Below are positions 15,201 to 30,900 of a stretch of DNA of 64,000 nucleotides, piece after piece; position 1 is the stretch's first letter, and every line of letters starts with the position of its first letter. The stretch spans positions 15,137,675-15,201,674 of the forward strand of contig OZ037768.1 in NCBI GenBank assembly GCA_964035545.1. Direction: 5' to 3'. Below the pieces are notes generated by a model. The model did not search any database and had not been told where the DNA came from. It was given only the letters and a program-made list of their open reading frames with translations. A program made the position numbers and the translations under genes. The DNA is from Bugula neritina. Taxonomy: Eukaryota; Animalia; Bryozoa.

Positions 15201-18200
15201 TATGGTAACCTACTGAAATATGTTGCAAACCACTGAAACATACTGTATCATCCTGCAACATAATGAAATATACGGTAACATACTGAAAGATACTGCAACA
15301 TACTGAAATACACTATGGAATACCGAAATATACTGCAACATACTGAAATATACTGCAAGATACTGCAAAATACTGAAATACATTGTAAGATACCTAAATA
15401 CACTGCAACATACTGCAACATACTGCAACATATTGAAATACACTGTAACATATTGAAAAACACTGCAACACATTGAAATATACCGCAACATACCGAAGTA
15501 TATGGTAGCCTACTGAAATATACTGCGACATACTGAAATACACTGTAACATACTGAAATACACTGCAACATACTGAAATACACTGTAACATATTAAAATA
15601 CACTGCAACACACTGAAATATACTGAAACATACCGAAATATATGGTAACCCACTAAAATATGTTGCAAACCACTGAAATATACTGCAACATACTGCAACA
15701 TAATGAAGTATACTGCAACATACTGAAATATACTGCAAGATACTGCAACATACTGATACACATTGCAAGATACTGAAATACACTGCAACACATTGAAATA
15801 CACTGCAACACACTGAAGTATACTGTAATATACAGAAATGTACTGTAAAATACTGAAATATACTTCATTATCCTGAAAAATGCCTAAAAACATTGAAACA
15901 TACTGATATAAACTGAAACATACTGAAATACACTGCAACACATTGGAATATACTGCAACATACCGAAATATATGGTAACCTACTGTAGTATGTTGCAAAC
16001 TACTGAAATATACTGCAACATACTGCAACATATTGAAGTATTCTGCAACATACTGAAAAACGCTGTAACATATTGAAATACACTGCAACACATTGAAATA
16101 TTCCGCAACATACCGAAATATATGGTAACCTAATGAGATATACTGTAACACGTTGAAGTACACTGCAACATACTGAAATACACTGCAACACACTAAATTA
16201 TACTGTAATTTACAGAAATGTACTGCAACATACTGAAACATACGGCAACATACTGAAATATACCGCGACACATTGAAATATATTGCAACATACTGAAATA
16301 TGCTGTAGCATCCTGAAATACATTGCAATACACTGAAGTATACTGTAATATACAGAAACGTACTGTAACATGCTGAAACATACGGCAACATACTAAGACA
16401 TACTGCAACATACCGAAAAATATGGTAACCTACTGAAATATGTTACAAACTACTGAAACATACTGCAACATATTATAGCAACATAATGAAATATACTGCA
16501 ACGTACTGAAATATACTGCAAGATACTGCAAAATACTGAAATACATTGTAAGATACCTAAATACACTGCAACATACTGCAACATACTGCAACATATTGAA
16601 ATACACTGTAACATATTGAAAAACACTGCAACACATTGAAATATACCGCAACATACCGAAGTATATGGTAGCCTACTGAAATATACTGCGACATACTGAA
16701 ATACACTGTAACGTACTGAAATACAGTGCAACATACTGAAATACACTGTAACGTATTAAAATACACTGCAACACACTGAAATATACTGAAACATACCAAA
16801 ATATATGGTAACCCACTGAAATATGTTGCAAACCACTGAAATATACTGCAACATACTGCAACATAATGAAATATACTGCAACATACTGAAATATACTGCA
16901 AGATACTGCAACATGAAATATTCCGCAACATACCGAAATATATGATAACCTAATGAGATATACTGTAACACGTTGAAGTACACTGCAACATACTGAAATA
17001 CACTGCAACACACTAAATTATACTGTAATTCACAGAAATGTACTGCAACATACTGAAATATACTGCAAGATACTGCAACATACTGAAATACACTGTAACA
17101 TACTGAAATACACTGCAACATACTGAAATATACTGCATGATACTGCAACATACTGATACACATTGTAAGATGCTGAAATGCACTGCAACATAGTGAAATA
17201 TACTGCATGATACTGCAACATACTCATACACATTGTAAGATACTGAAATACACTGCAACCTACCGCAACATACTGCAACGTATTGAAATACACTGTAACA
17301 TATTGAAAAACACTGCAACACATTGAAATATACTGCAACATACTAAAACATACGGCAACATACTGAAATATACTGCGACATATTGAAATATAATGCAACA
17401 TACTGAAATATGCTGTAGCATACTGACATACACCGCAATACACTGAAGTATACTGTAATATACAGAAACGTACTGTAACATACTGAAACATACGTCAACA
17501 TACTAAAATATACTGCGACACATTGAAATATACTGCAACATACTGAAATACACCGTAACATACTAAACTCCACTGCAACATTCTGAAATACACTGTAACA
17601 CATTGAAATACACTGCAACACAGTGAATTATACTGAAATACATTGTGAGATACGGAAACACGCTGCAACCTACTGCAAAATAATGAAATATATGGTAACC
17701 TACTGAAATATGTTGAAAACTACTGAAATATACTGCAAAATTATGCAACATAATGAAAGATACTGCAATATACTGAAATAAACTGCAAGATACTGCAACA
17801 TACTGAAATACACTGTAACATACTGAAATACACTGTAACAGATTGAAATACACTGCGACATACTGCAACATACTGAAAAACGCTGTAAAATATTGAAATA
17901 CACTGCAACACATTGAAATATTCCGCAACATACCGAAATATATGGTAACCTAATGAGATATACTGTAACACGTTGAAGTACACTGCAACATACTGAAATA
18001 CACTGCAACACACTAAATTATACTGTAATTTACAGAAATGTACTGCAACATACTGGAATATACTGCAAGATACTGCAACATACTGAAATACACTGTAACA
18101 TACTGCAATACACTGCAACATACTGAAATATACTGCATGATACTGCAACATACTGATACACATTGTAAGATACTGAAATGCACTGCAACATACTGAAATA

Positions 18201-18340
18201 TACTGCATGATACTGCAACATACTCATACACATTGTAAGATACTGAAATACACTGCAACATACCGCAACATACTGCAACGTATTGAAATACACTGTAACA
18301 TATTGAAAAACACTGCAACACATTGAAATATACTGCAACA
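9300..18340 (+). repeat. Recent tandem duplication of a ~4.45-kb unit (two copies, junction near 13.8 kb)
   Basis: TAACGCAACA at 9481/13941 and CACTGAACTA at 9531/13991 give offset 4460. The offset drops to 4450 after an extra TACTGCAAGA monomer at ~10901 in copy 1. ORF pairs 10103/14563 and 13250/17700 agree. Confidence 0.9.
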
Positions 18341-18369
18341 TACTGAAACATACGGCAACATACTGAATT

Positions 18370-21300
18370 ATACTGCGACACATTGAAATATAGTGCAACA
18401 TACTGAAATATGCTGTAGCATACTGAAATACACTGCAATACACTGAAGTATACTGTAACAAATTGAAATACACTGCAACACACTGAAATATACTGAAACA
18501 TACCGATATATATGGTAACCTACTGAAATATGTTGCAAACCACTGAAACATACTGTATCATCCTGCAACATAATGAAATATACGGTAACATACTGAAAGA
18601 TACTGCAACATACTGAAATACACTATGGAATACCGAAATATACTGCAACATACTGAAATATACTGCAAGATACTGCAAAATACTGAAATACATTGTAAGA
18701 TACCTAAATACACTGCAACATACTGCAACATACTGCAACATATTGAAATACACTGTAACATATTGAAAAACACTGCAACACATTGAAATATACCGCAACA
18801 TACCGAAGTATATGGTAGCCTACTGAAATATACTGCGACATACTGAAATACACTGTAACATACTGAAATACACTGCAACATACTGAAATACACTGTAACA
18901 TATTAAAATACACTGCAACACACTGAAATATACTGAAACATACCGAAATATATGGTAACCCACTGAAATATGTTGCAAACCACTGAAATATACTGCAACA
19001 TACTGCAACATAATGAAGTATACTGCAACATACTGAAATATACTGCAAGATACTGCAACATTCTGATACACATTGCAAGATACTGAAATACACTGCAACA
19101 CATTGAAATACACTGCAACACACTGAAGTATACTGTAATATACAGAAATGTACTGTAAAATACTGAAATATACTTCATTATACTGAAAAATACCTAAAAA
19201 CATTGAAACATACTGATATAAACTGAAACATACTGAAATACACTGCAACACATTGGAATATACTGCAACATACCGAAATATATGGTAACCTACTGTTAAG
19301 TATGTTGCAAACTACTGAAATATACTGCAACATACTGCAACATATTTAAGTATACTGCAACATACTGAAAAACGCTGTAACATATTGAAATACACTGCAA
19401 CACATTGAATTATTCCGCAACATACCGAAATATATGGTAACCTAATGAGATATACTGTAACACGTTGAAGTACACTGCAACATACTGAAATACACTGCAA
19501 CACACTAAATTATACTGTAATTTACAGAAATGTACTGCAACATACTGAAACATACGGCAACATACTGAAATATACTGCGACACATTGAAATATAGTGCAA
19601 CATACTGAAATATGCTGTAGCATACTGAAATACACTGCAATACACTGAAGTATACTGTAATATACAGAAACGTACTGTAACATACCGAAACATACGGCAA
19701 GATACTAAAATATACTGCGACACATTGAAATATACTGCAACATACTGAAATACACCGTAATATACTGAAATACACTGCAACATACTGAAATACACTGTAA
19801 CATATTGAAATACACTGCAACACACTGAAATATACTGAAACATACCGATATATATGGTAACCTACTGAAATATGTTGCAAACCACTGAAACATACTGCAT
19901 CATCCTGCAACAAAATGAAATATACGGTAACACTGAAGCATACTGCAATATACTGAAATATACTGTAACATACTAAGACATACTGCAACATACCGAAAAA
20001 TATGGTAACCTACTGAAATATGTTACAAACTACTGAAACATACTGCAACATACTGCAACATAATGAAAAACGCTGTAACATATTGAAAAACACTGCAACA
20101 CATTGAAATATACCGCAACATACCGAAATGTATGGTAACCTACTGAAATATGCTGTAACACATTGAAATATCCTGCAACACATTGAAATATACTGCAACA
20201 TACTTCAACATATTGAAGTATACTGCAACATACTAAAATAAACTGCAAGATACTGCAACATACTGATATACACTGTAACATACTGAAATACACTGCAACA
20301 TACTGAAATATACTGCAAGATACTGCAACATACTGAAACGCATTGTAAGATACTGAAATACACTGCAACATACCGCAACATACTGCAACGTATTGAAATA
20401 CACTGTAACATATTGAAAAACACTGCAACACATTGAAATATACTGCAACATACTAAAACATACGGCAACATACTGAAATATACTGCGACACATTGAAATA
20501 TAGTGCAACATACTGAAATATGCTGTAGCATACTGAAATACACTGCAATACACTGAAGTATACTGTAATATACAGAAACGTACTGTAACATACTGAAACA
20601 TACGGCAACATACTAAAATATACTGCGACACATTGAAATATACTGCAACATACTGAAATACACCGTAACATACTAAACTCCACTGCAACATTCTGAAATA
20701 CACTGTAACACATTGAAATACACTGCAACACAGTGAATTATACTGAAATACATTGTGAGATACGGAAACACACTGCAACATACTGCAACGTATTGAAATA
20801 CACTGTAACATATTGAAAAACACTGCAACACATTGAAATATACTGCAACATACTAAAACATACGGCAACATACTGAAATATACTGCGACACATTGAAATA
20901 TAGTGCAACATACTGAAATATGCTGTAGCATACTGAAATACACTGCAATACACTGAAGTATACTGTAACAAATTGAAATACACTGCAACACACTGAAATA
21001 TACTGAAACATACCGATATATATGGTAACCTACTGAAATATGTTGCAAACCACTGAAACATACTGTATCATCCTGCAACATAATGAAATATACGGTAACA
21101 TACTGAAAGATACTGCAACATACTGAAATACACTATGGAATACCGAAATATACTGCAACATACTGAAATATACTGCAAGATACTGCAAAATACTGAAATA
21201 CATTGTAAGATACCTAAATACACTGCAACATACTGCAACATACTGCAACATATTGAAATACACTGTAACATATTGAAAAACACTGCAACACATTGAAATA

Positions 21301-22560
21301 TACCGCAACATACCGAAGTATATGGTAGCCTACTGAAATATACTGCGACATACTGAAATACACTGTAACATACTGAAATACACTGCAACATACTGAAATA
21401 CACTGTAACATATTAAAATACACTGCAACACACTGAAATATACTGAAACATACCGAAATATATGGTAACCCACTGAAATATGTTGCAAACCACTGAAATA
21501 TACTGCAACATACTGCAACATAATGAAGTATACTGCAACATACTGAAATATACTGCAAGATACTGCAACATTCTGATACACATTGCAAGATACTGAAATA
21601 CACTGCAACACATTGATATACACTGCAACACACTGAAGTATACTGTAATATACAGAAATGTACTGTAAAATACTGAAATATACTTCATTATACTGAAAAA
21701 TACCTAAAAACATTGAAACATACTGATATAAACTGAAACATACTGAAATACACTGCAACACATTGGAATATACTGCAACATACCGAAATATATGGTAACC
21801 TACTGTTAAGTATGTTGCAAACTACTGAAATATACTGCAACATACTGCAACATATTTAAGTATACTGCAACATACTGAAAAACGCTGTAACATATTGAAA
21901 TACACTGCAACACATTGAATTATTCCGCAACATACCGAAATATATGGTAACCTAATGAGATATACTGTAACACGTTGAAGTACACTGCAACATACTGAAA
22001 TACACTGCAACACACTAAATTATACTGTAATTTACAGAAATGTACTGCAACATACTGAAACATACGGCAACATACTGAAATATACTGCGACACATTGAAA
22101 TATAGTGCAACATACTGAAATATGCTGTAGCATCCTGAAATACATTGCAATACACTGAAGTATACTGTAATATACAGAAACGTACTGTAACATGCTGAAA
22201 CATACGGCAACATACTAAAATATACTGCGACACATTGAAATATACTGCAACATACTGAAATACACCGTAACATACTGAAATACACTGCAACATACTGAAA
22301 TACACTGTAACATATTGAAATACGCTGCAACACACTGAAATATACTGAAACATACCGATATATATGGTAACCTACTGAAATATGTTGCAAACCACAGAAA
22401 CGTACTGCATCATCCTGCAACAAAATGAAATATATGGTAACACTGAAGCATACTGCAGTATACTGAAATATACTGTAACATACTAAGACATACTGCAACA
22501 TACCGAAAAATATGGTAACCTACTGAAATATGTTACAAACTACTGAAACATACTGCAACA
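18370..22560 (+). repeat. ~1.7-kb block duplicated at offset 2510 (~18370-20050 and ~20880-22560)
   Basis: Private variants TTCTGATACA (19061/21571), the 2-bp insertion TACTGTTAAG (19291/21801) and CATATTTAAG are shared. ORF pairs 18520/21030 and 19312/21822 agree. Confidence 0.88.
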
Positions 22561-23219
22561 TATTATAGCAACATAATGAAATATACTGCAACATACTGAA
22601 ATATACTGCAAGATACTGCAAAATACTGAAATACATTGTAAGATACCTAAATACACTGCAACATACTGCAACATATTGAAATACACTGTAACATATTGAA
22701 AAACACTGCAACACATTGAAATATACCGCAACATACCGAAGTATATGGTAGCCTACTGAAATATACTGCGACATACTGAAATACACTGTAACGTACTGAA
22801 ATACACTGCAACATACTGCAACATATTGAAATACACTGTAACATATTGAAATACACTGCAACACATTGAAATATACTGCAACATACTGAAACATACTGAA
22901 ATATATGGTAACCTACTGAAGTATGTTGAAAACTACTGAAATATACTGCAACATTATGCAACATAATGAAAGATACTGCAATATACTGAAATAAACTGCA
23001 AGATACTGCAACATACTGAAATACACTGTAACATACTGAAATACACTGTAACAGATTGAAATACACTGCGACATACTGCAACATACTGAAAAACGCTGTA
23101 ACATATTGAAATACACTGCAACACATTGAAATATTCCGCAACATACCGAAATATATGGTAACCTAATGAGATATACTGTAACACGTTGAAGTACACTGCA
23201 ACATACTGAAATACACTGC

Positions 23220-26150
23220 AACACACTAAATTATACTGTAATTTACTGAAATGTACTGCAACATACTGAAATATACTGCAAGATACTGCAACATACTGAA
23301 ATACACTGTAACATACTGAAATACACTGCAACATACTGAAATATACTGCATGATACTGCAACCTACTGATACACATTGTAAGATACTGATATGCACTGCA
23401 ACATACTGAAATATACTGCATGATACTGCAACATACTCATACACATTGTAAGATACTGAAACACACTGCAACATACCGCAACATACTGCAACGTATTGAA
23501 ATACACTGTAACATATTGAAAAACACTGCAACACATTGAAATATACTGCTACATACTGAAACATACGGCAACATACTGAAATATACTGCGACACATTGAA
23601 ATATAGTGCAACATACTGAAATATGCTGTAGCATACTGAAATACACTGCAATACACTGAAGTATACTGTAATATACAGAAACGTACTGTAACATACTGAA
23701 ACATACGGCAACATACTAAAATATACTGCGACACATTGAAATATACTGCAACATACTGAAATACACTGCAACACACTAAATTATACTGTAATTTACAGAA
23801 ATGTACTGCAACATACTGAAACATACTGCAAGATACTGCAACATACTGAAATACACTGTAACATACTGAAATACACTGCAACATACTGAAATATACTGCA
23901 TGATATAGCAACATATTGATACACATTGTAAGATACTGAAATGCACTGCAACATACTGAAATACACTGCATGATACTGCAACATACTCACACACATTGTA
24001 AGATACTGAAACACACTGCAACATACCGCAACATACTGCAACGTATTGAAATACACTGTAACACATCGAAATACACTGCAACACATTGAATTATACTAAA
24101 ATACATTGTGAGATACTGAAATACACTGCAACATACTGCAACATAATGGAATATATGGTAACCTACTGAAAAATGTTGAAAAATACTGAAATATACTGCA
24201 ACATAATGCAACATAATAAAAGATACTTCAACATACTGAAATAAACTGCAAGATACTGCAACATACTGAAATACACTGTAACATACTGAAATACACTGTA
24301 ACATATTGAAATACACTGCAACACACTGAAATATACTGAAACATACCGATATATATGGTAACCTACTGAAATATGTTGCACACCACTGAAACATCCTGCA
24401 TCATCCTGCAACAAAATGAAATATACGGTAACACTTAAGCATACTGCAATATACTGAAATATACTGTAACATACTAAGACATACTGCAACATACCGAAAA
24501 ATATGGTAACCTACTGAAATATGTTACAAACTACTGAAACATACTGCAACATACTGCAACATAATGAATTATACTGCAACATACTGAAAGATACTGCAAC
24601 ATACTGAAATACACTATAGAATACCGAAATACACTGCAACATACTGAAATATACTGCAAGATACTGCGAAATACTGAAATACATTGTAAGATATCTAAAT
24701 ACACTGCAACATACTGCAACATACTGCAACATATTGAAATACACTGTAACATATTGAAAAACACTGTCACACATTGAAATATACTGCAACATACTAAAAC
24801 ATACGGCAACATACTGAAATATACTGCGACACATTGAAATATAATGCAACATACTGAAATATGCTGTAGCATACTGAAATACACTGCAATACACTGAAGT
24901 ATACTGTAATATACAGAAACGTACTGTAACATACTGAAACATACGGCAACATACTAAAATATACTGCAACACATTGAAATATACTGCAACATACTGAAAT
25001 ACACCGTAACATACTGAACTCAACTGCAACATTCTGAAATACACTGTAACACATTGAAATACACTGCAAAACAGTGAATTAAACTGAAATACATTCTAAG
25101 ATACGGAAACACACTGCAACATACTGCAACATAATGAAATATATGGTAACCTACTGAAATATGTTGAAAACTACTGAAATATACTGCAACATTATGCAAC
25201 ATAAAGAAAAATACTGCAATATACTGAAATAAACTGCAAGATACTGCAACATACTGAAATACACTGTAACATACTGAAATACACTGTAACAGATTGAAAT
25301 ACACTGCGACATACTGCAACATACTGAAAAACGCTGTAACATATTGAAATACACTGCAACACATTGAAATATTCCGCAACATACCGAAATATATGGTAAC
25401 CTAATGAGATATACTGTAACACGTTGAAGTACACTGCAACATACTGAAATACACTGCAACACACTAAATTATACTGTAATTTACAGAAATGTACTGCAAC
25501 ATACTGAAATATACTGCAAGATACTGCAACATACTGAAATACACTGTAACATACTGAAATACACTGTAACATATTGAAATACACTGCAACACACTGAAAT
25601 ATACTGCAACATACTGAAATACACCGTAACATACTGAAATACACTGCAACATACTGAAATACACTGTAACATATTGAAATACACTGCAACACACTGAAAT
25701 ATACTGAAACAGACCGATATATATGGTAACCTACTGAAATATGTTGCAAACTACTGAAACATACTGCATCATCCTGCAACAAAATGAAATATACGGTAAC
25801 ACTGAAGCAAACTGCAATATACTGAAATATACTGTAACGTAGTAAGACATACTGCAACATACCGAAAAATATGGTAACCTACTGAAATATGTTACAAACT
25901 ACTGAAACATACTGCAACATACTGCAACATAATGAAAAACGCTGTAACATATTGAAAAACACTGCAACACATTGAAATATACCGCAACATACCGAAATGT
26001 ATGGTAACCTACTGAAATATGCTGTAACACATTGAAATATCCTGCAACACATTGCAATATACTGCAACACACCGAAATATATGGTAACCTACTGAAATAT
26101 GTTGCAAACGCCTGAAATATACTGCAACATACTGCAACATATTGAAGTAT
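23220..26150 (+). repeat. Older, more diverged ~3-kb block related to ~34000-36850 (offset ~10.7 kb)
   Basis: ORF pairs 24794/35491, 25151/35848 and 25879/36576 give offset 10697. Both copies share a ~550-bp internal duplication (23221/23771 and 34001/34552) and the variants ACTGTCACAC, ATATCTAAAT and ATTCTAAGAT. Confidence 0.75.
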
Positions 26151-27940
26151 ACTGCAACATACTAAAATAAACTGCAAGATACTGCAACATACTGATATAC
26201 ACTGTAACATACTGAAATACACTGCAACATACTGAAATATACTGCAAGATACTGCAACATAATGAATTATACTGCATCATACTGAAAGATACTGCAACAT
26301 ACTGAAATACACTATAGAATACCGAAATACACTGCAACATACTGAAATATACTGCAAAATACTGCGAAATACTGAAATACATTGTAAGATATCTAAGTAC
26401 ACTGCAACATACTGCAACATATTGCAACATATTGAAGTACACTGTAACATATTGAAAAACACTGTCACACATTGAAATATACTGCAACATACTAAAACAT
26501 ACGGCAACATACTGAAATATACTGCGACACATTGAAATATAATGCAACATACTGAAATATGCTGTAGCATACTGAAATACACTGCAATACACTGAAGTAT
26601 ACTGTAATATACAGAAACATACTGTAACATACTGAAACATACGGCAACATACTAAAATATACTGCAACACATTGAAATATACTGCAACATACTGAAATAC
26701 ACCGTAACATACTAAACTCCACTGCAACATTCTGAAATACACTGTAACACATTGAAATACACTGCAACACAGTGAATTATACTGAAATACATTCTAAGAT
26801 ACGGAAACACACTGCAACATACTGCAGCATAATGAAATATATGGTAACCTACTGAAATATGTTGAAAACTACTGAAATAGACTGCAACATTATGCAACAT
26901 AAAGAAAGATACTGCAATATACTGAAATAAACTGCAAGATACTGCAACATACTGAAATACACTGTAACATACTGAAATACACTGTAACAGATTGAAATAT
27001 TCCGCAACACACCGAAATATATGGTAACCTAATGAGATATACTGTAACACGTTGAAGTACACTGCAACATACTGAAAGACACTGCAACACACTAAATTAT
27101 ACTGTAATTTACAGAAATGTACTGCAACATACTGAAATATACTGCAAGATACTGCAACATACTGAAATACACTGTAACATACTGAAATACACTGCAACAT
27201 ACTGAAATACACTGTAACATATTGAAATACACTGCAACACACTGAAATATACTGAAACATACTGAAATACACCGTAACATACTGAAATACACTGCAACAT
27301 ACTGAAATACACTGTAACATATTGAAATACACTGCAACACACTGAAATATACTGAAACAGACCGATATATATGGTAACCTACTGAAATATGTTGCAAACC
27401 ACTGAAACATACTGCATCATCCTGCAACAAAATGAAATATACGGTAACACTGAAGCATACTGCAACATACTGAAATATACTGTAACATACTAAGACATAC
27501 TGCAACATACCGAAAAATATGGTAACCTACTGAAATATGTTACAAACTACTGAAACATACTGCAACATACTGCAACATAATGAAAAACGCTGTAACATAT
27601 TGAAAAACACTGCAACACATTGAAATATACCGCAACATTTCGAAATGTATGGTAACCTACTGAAATATGCTGTAACACATTGAAATATCCTGCAACACAT
27701 TGAAATATACTGCAACATACCGAAATATATGGTAACCTACTGAAATATGTTGCAAACGACTGAAATATACTGCAACATACTGAAATATACTGCAAGATAC
27801 TGCAACATACTGAAACACATTGTAAGATACTGAAATACACTGTAACATATTGAAAAACACTGCAACACATTGAAATATGCTGCAACATACTAAAACATAC
27901 GGCAACATACTGACATATACTGCGACACATTGAAATATAG

Positions 27941-30900
27941 TGCAACATACTGAAATATGCTGTAGCATACTGAAATACACTGCAATACACTGAAGTATAC
28001 TGTAATATACAGAAACGTACTGTAACATACTGAAACATACGGCAACATACTAAATTATACTGCGACACATTGAAATATACTGCAACATACTGAAATACAC
28101 CGTAACATACTAAACTCTACTGCAACATTCTGAAATACACTGTAACACATTGAAATACACTGCAACACAGTGAATTATACTGAAATACATTGTAAGATAC
28201 GGAAACACACTGCAACATACTGCAACATAATGAAATATATGGTAACCTACTGAATTATGTTGAAAACTACTGAAATATACTGCAACATTATGCAACCTAA
28301 TGAAAGATACTGCAATATACTGAAATAAACTGCAAGATACTGCAACATACTGAAATACACTGTAACATACTGAAATACACTGTAACATACTGAAATACAC
28401 TGTAACAGATTGAAATACACTGCGACATACTGCAACATACTGAAAAACGCTGTAACATATTGAAATACACTGCAACACATTGAAATATTCCGCAACATAC
28501 CGAAATATATGGTAACCTAATGAGATATGCTGTAACACGTTGAAGTACACTGCAACATACTGAAATACACTGCAACACACTAAATTATACTGTTATTTAC
28601 AGAAATGTACTGCAACATACTGAAATATACTGCAAGATACTGCAACATACTGAAATACACTGTAACATACTGAAATACACTGCAACATTATGAAATATAC
28701 TGCATGATACTGCAACATACTGATACACATTGTAAGATACTGAAATGCACTGCAACATACTGAAATATACTGCATGATACTGCAACATATTCATACACAT
28801 TGTAAGATACTGAAATACACTGCAACATACCGCAACATACTGCAACGTATTGAAATACACTGTAACATATTGAAAAACACTGCAACACATTGAAACATAC
28901 TGCAACATACTGAAACATACGGCAACATACTGAAATATACTGCGACACATTGAAATATAGTGCAACATACTGAAATATGCTGTAGCATACTGAAATACAC
29001 TGCAATACACTGAAGTATACTGTAATATACAGAAACGTACTGTAACATACTGAAACATACGGCAACATACTACAATATACTGTGACACATTGAAATATAC
29101 TGCAACATACTGAAATACACCGTAACATACTGAAACACACTGCAACATACTGAAATACACTGTAACATAGTGAAATACACTGCAACACACTGAAATATAC
29201 TGAAACATACCGAAATATATGGTAACCTACTGAAATATGTTGCAAACCACTAAAACATACTGCATCATCCTGCAACAAAATGAAATATACGGTAACACTG
29301 AAGCATACTGCAATATACTGACATATACTGTAACATACTAAGACATACTGCAACATACCGAAAAATATGGTAACCTACTGAAATATGTTACAAACTACTG
29401 AAACATACTGCAACATACTGCAACATAATGAAATATACTGCAACATACTGAAAGATACTGCAACATACTGAAACATACTGCAAGATACTGCAAAGTACTG
29501 AAATACATTGTAAGATACCTAAATACACTGCAACATACTGCAACATACTGCAACATATTGAAATACACTGTAACATATTGAAAAACACTGCAACACATTG
29601 AAATATACCGCAACATACCGAAGTATATGGTAGCCTACTGAAATATACTGCGACATACTGAAATACACTGTAACGTACTGAAATACACTGCAACATACTG
29701 AAATACACTGTAACATATTAAAATACACTGCAACACACTGAAATATACTGAAACATACCGAAATATATGGTAACCCACTGAAATATGTTGCAAACCACTG
29801 AAATATACTGCAACATACTGCAACATAATGAAGTATACTGCAACATACTGAAATATACTGCAAGATACTGCAACATACTGATACACATTGTAAGATACTG
29901 AAATACACTGCAACATACCGCAACATACTGCAACGTATTGAAATACACTGTAACATATTGAAAAACACTGCAACACATTGAAATATACTGCAACATACTG
30001 AAACATACGGCAACATACTGAAATATACTGCGACACATTGAAATATAGTGCAACATACTGAAATATGCTGTAGCAAACTGAAATACACTGCATCTCACTG
30101 AAATATACTGTAATATATAGAAACGTACTGTAACATACTGAAACATACGGCAACATACTGAAATGTACTGCGACACATTGAAATATACTGCAACATACTG
30201 AAATACACCGTAACATACTAAACTCCACTGCAACATTCTGAAATACACTGTAACACATTGAAATACACTGCAACACATTGAATTATACTGAAATACATTG
30301 TAAGATACTGAAATACACTGCAAGATACCGCAACATAATGGAATATATGGTAACCTACTGAAATATGTTGAAAACTACTGAATTATACTGCAACATAATG
30401 CAACATAATGAAAGATACTGCAACATACTGAAATAAACTGCAAGATGCTGCAACATACTGAAATACACTGCAACACACTGAAGTATACTGTAATATACAG
30501 AAATGTACTGTAAAATACTGAAATATACTTCATTATACTGAAAATACCTAAAAACATTGAAACATACTGATATACACTGAAACATACTGAAATACACTGC
30601 AACACATTGGAATATACTGCAACATACTGAAATATGCTGTAGCATACTGAAATACACTGCAATACACTGAAGTATACTGTAATATACAGAAACGTACTGT
30701 AACATACTGAAACATACGGCAACATACTAAATTATACTGCGACACATTGAAATATACTGCAACATACTGAAATACACCGTAACATACTAAACTCCACTGC
30801 AACATTCTGAAATACACTGTAACACATTGAAATACACTGCAACACAGTGAATTATACTGAAATACATTGTAAGATACGGAAACACACTGCAACATACTGC

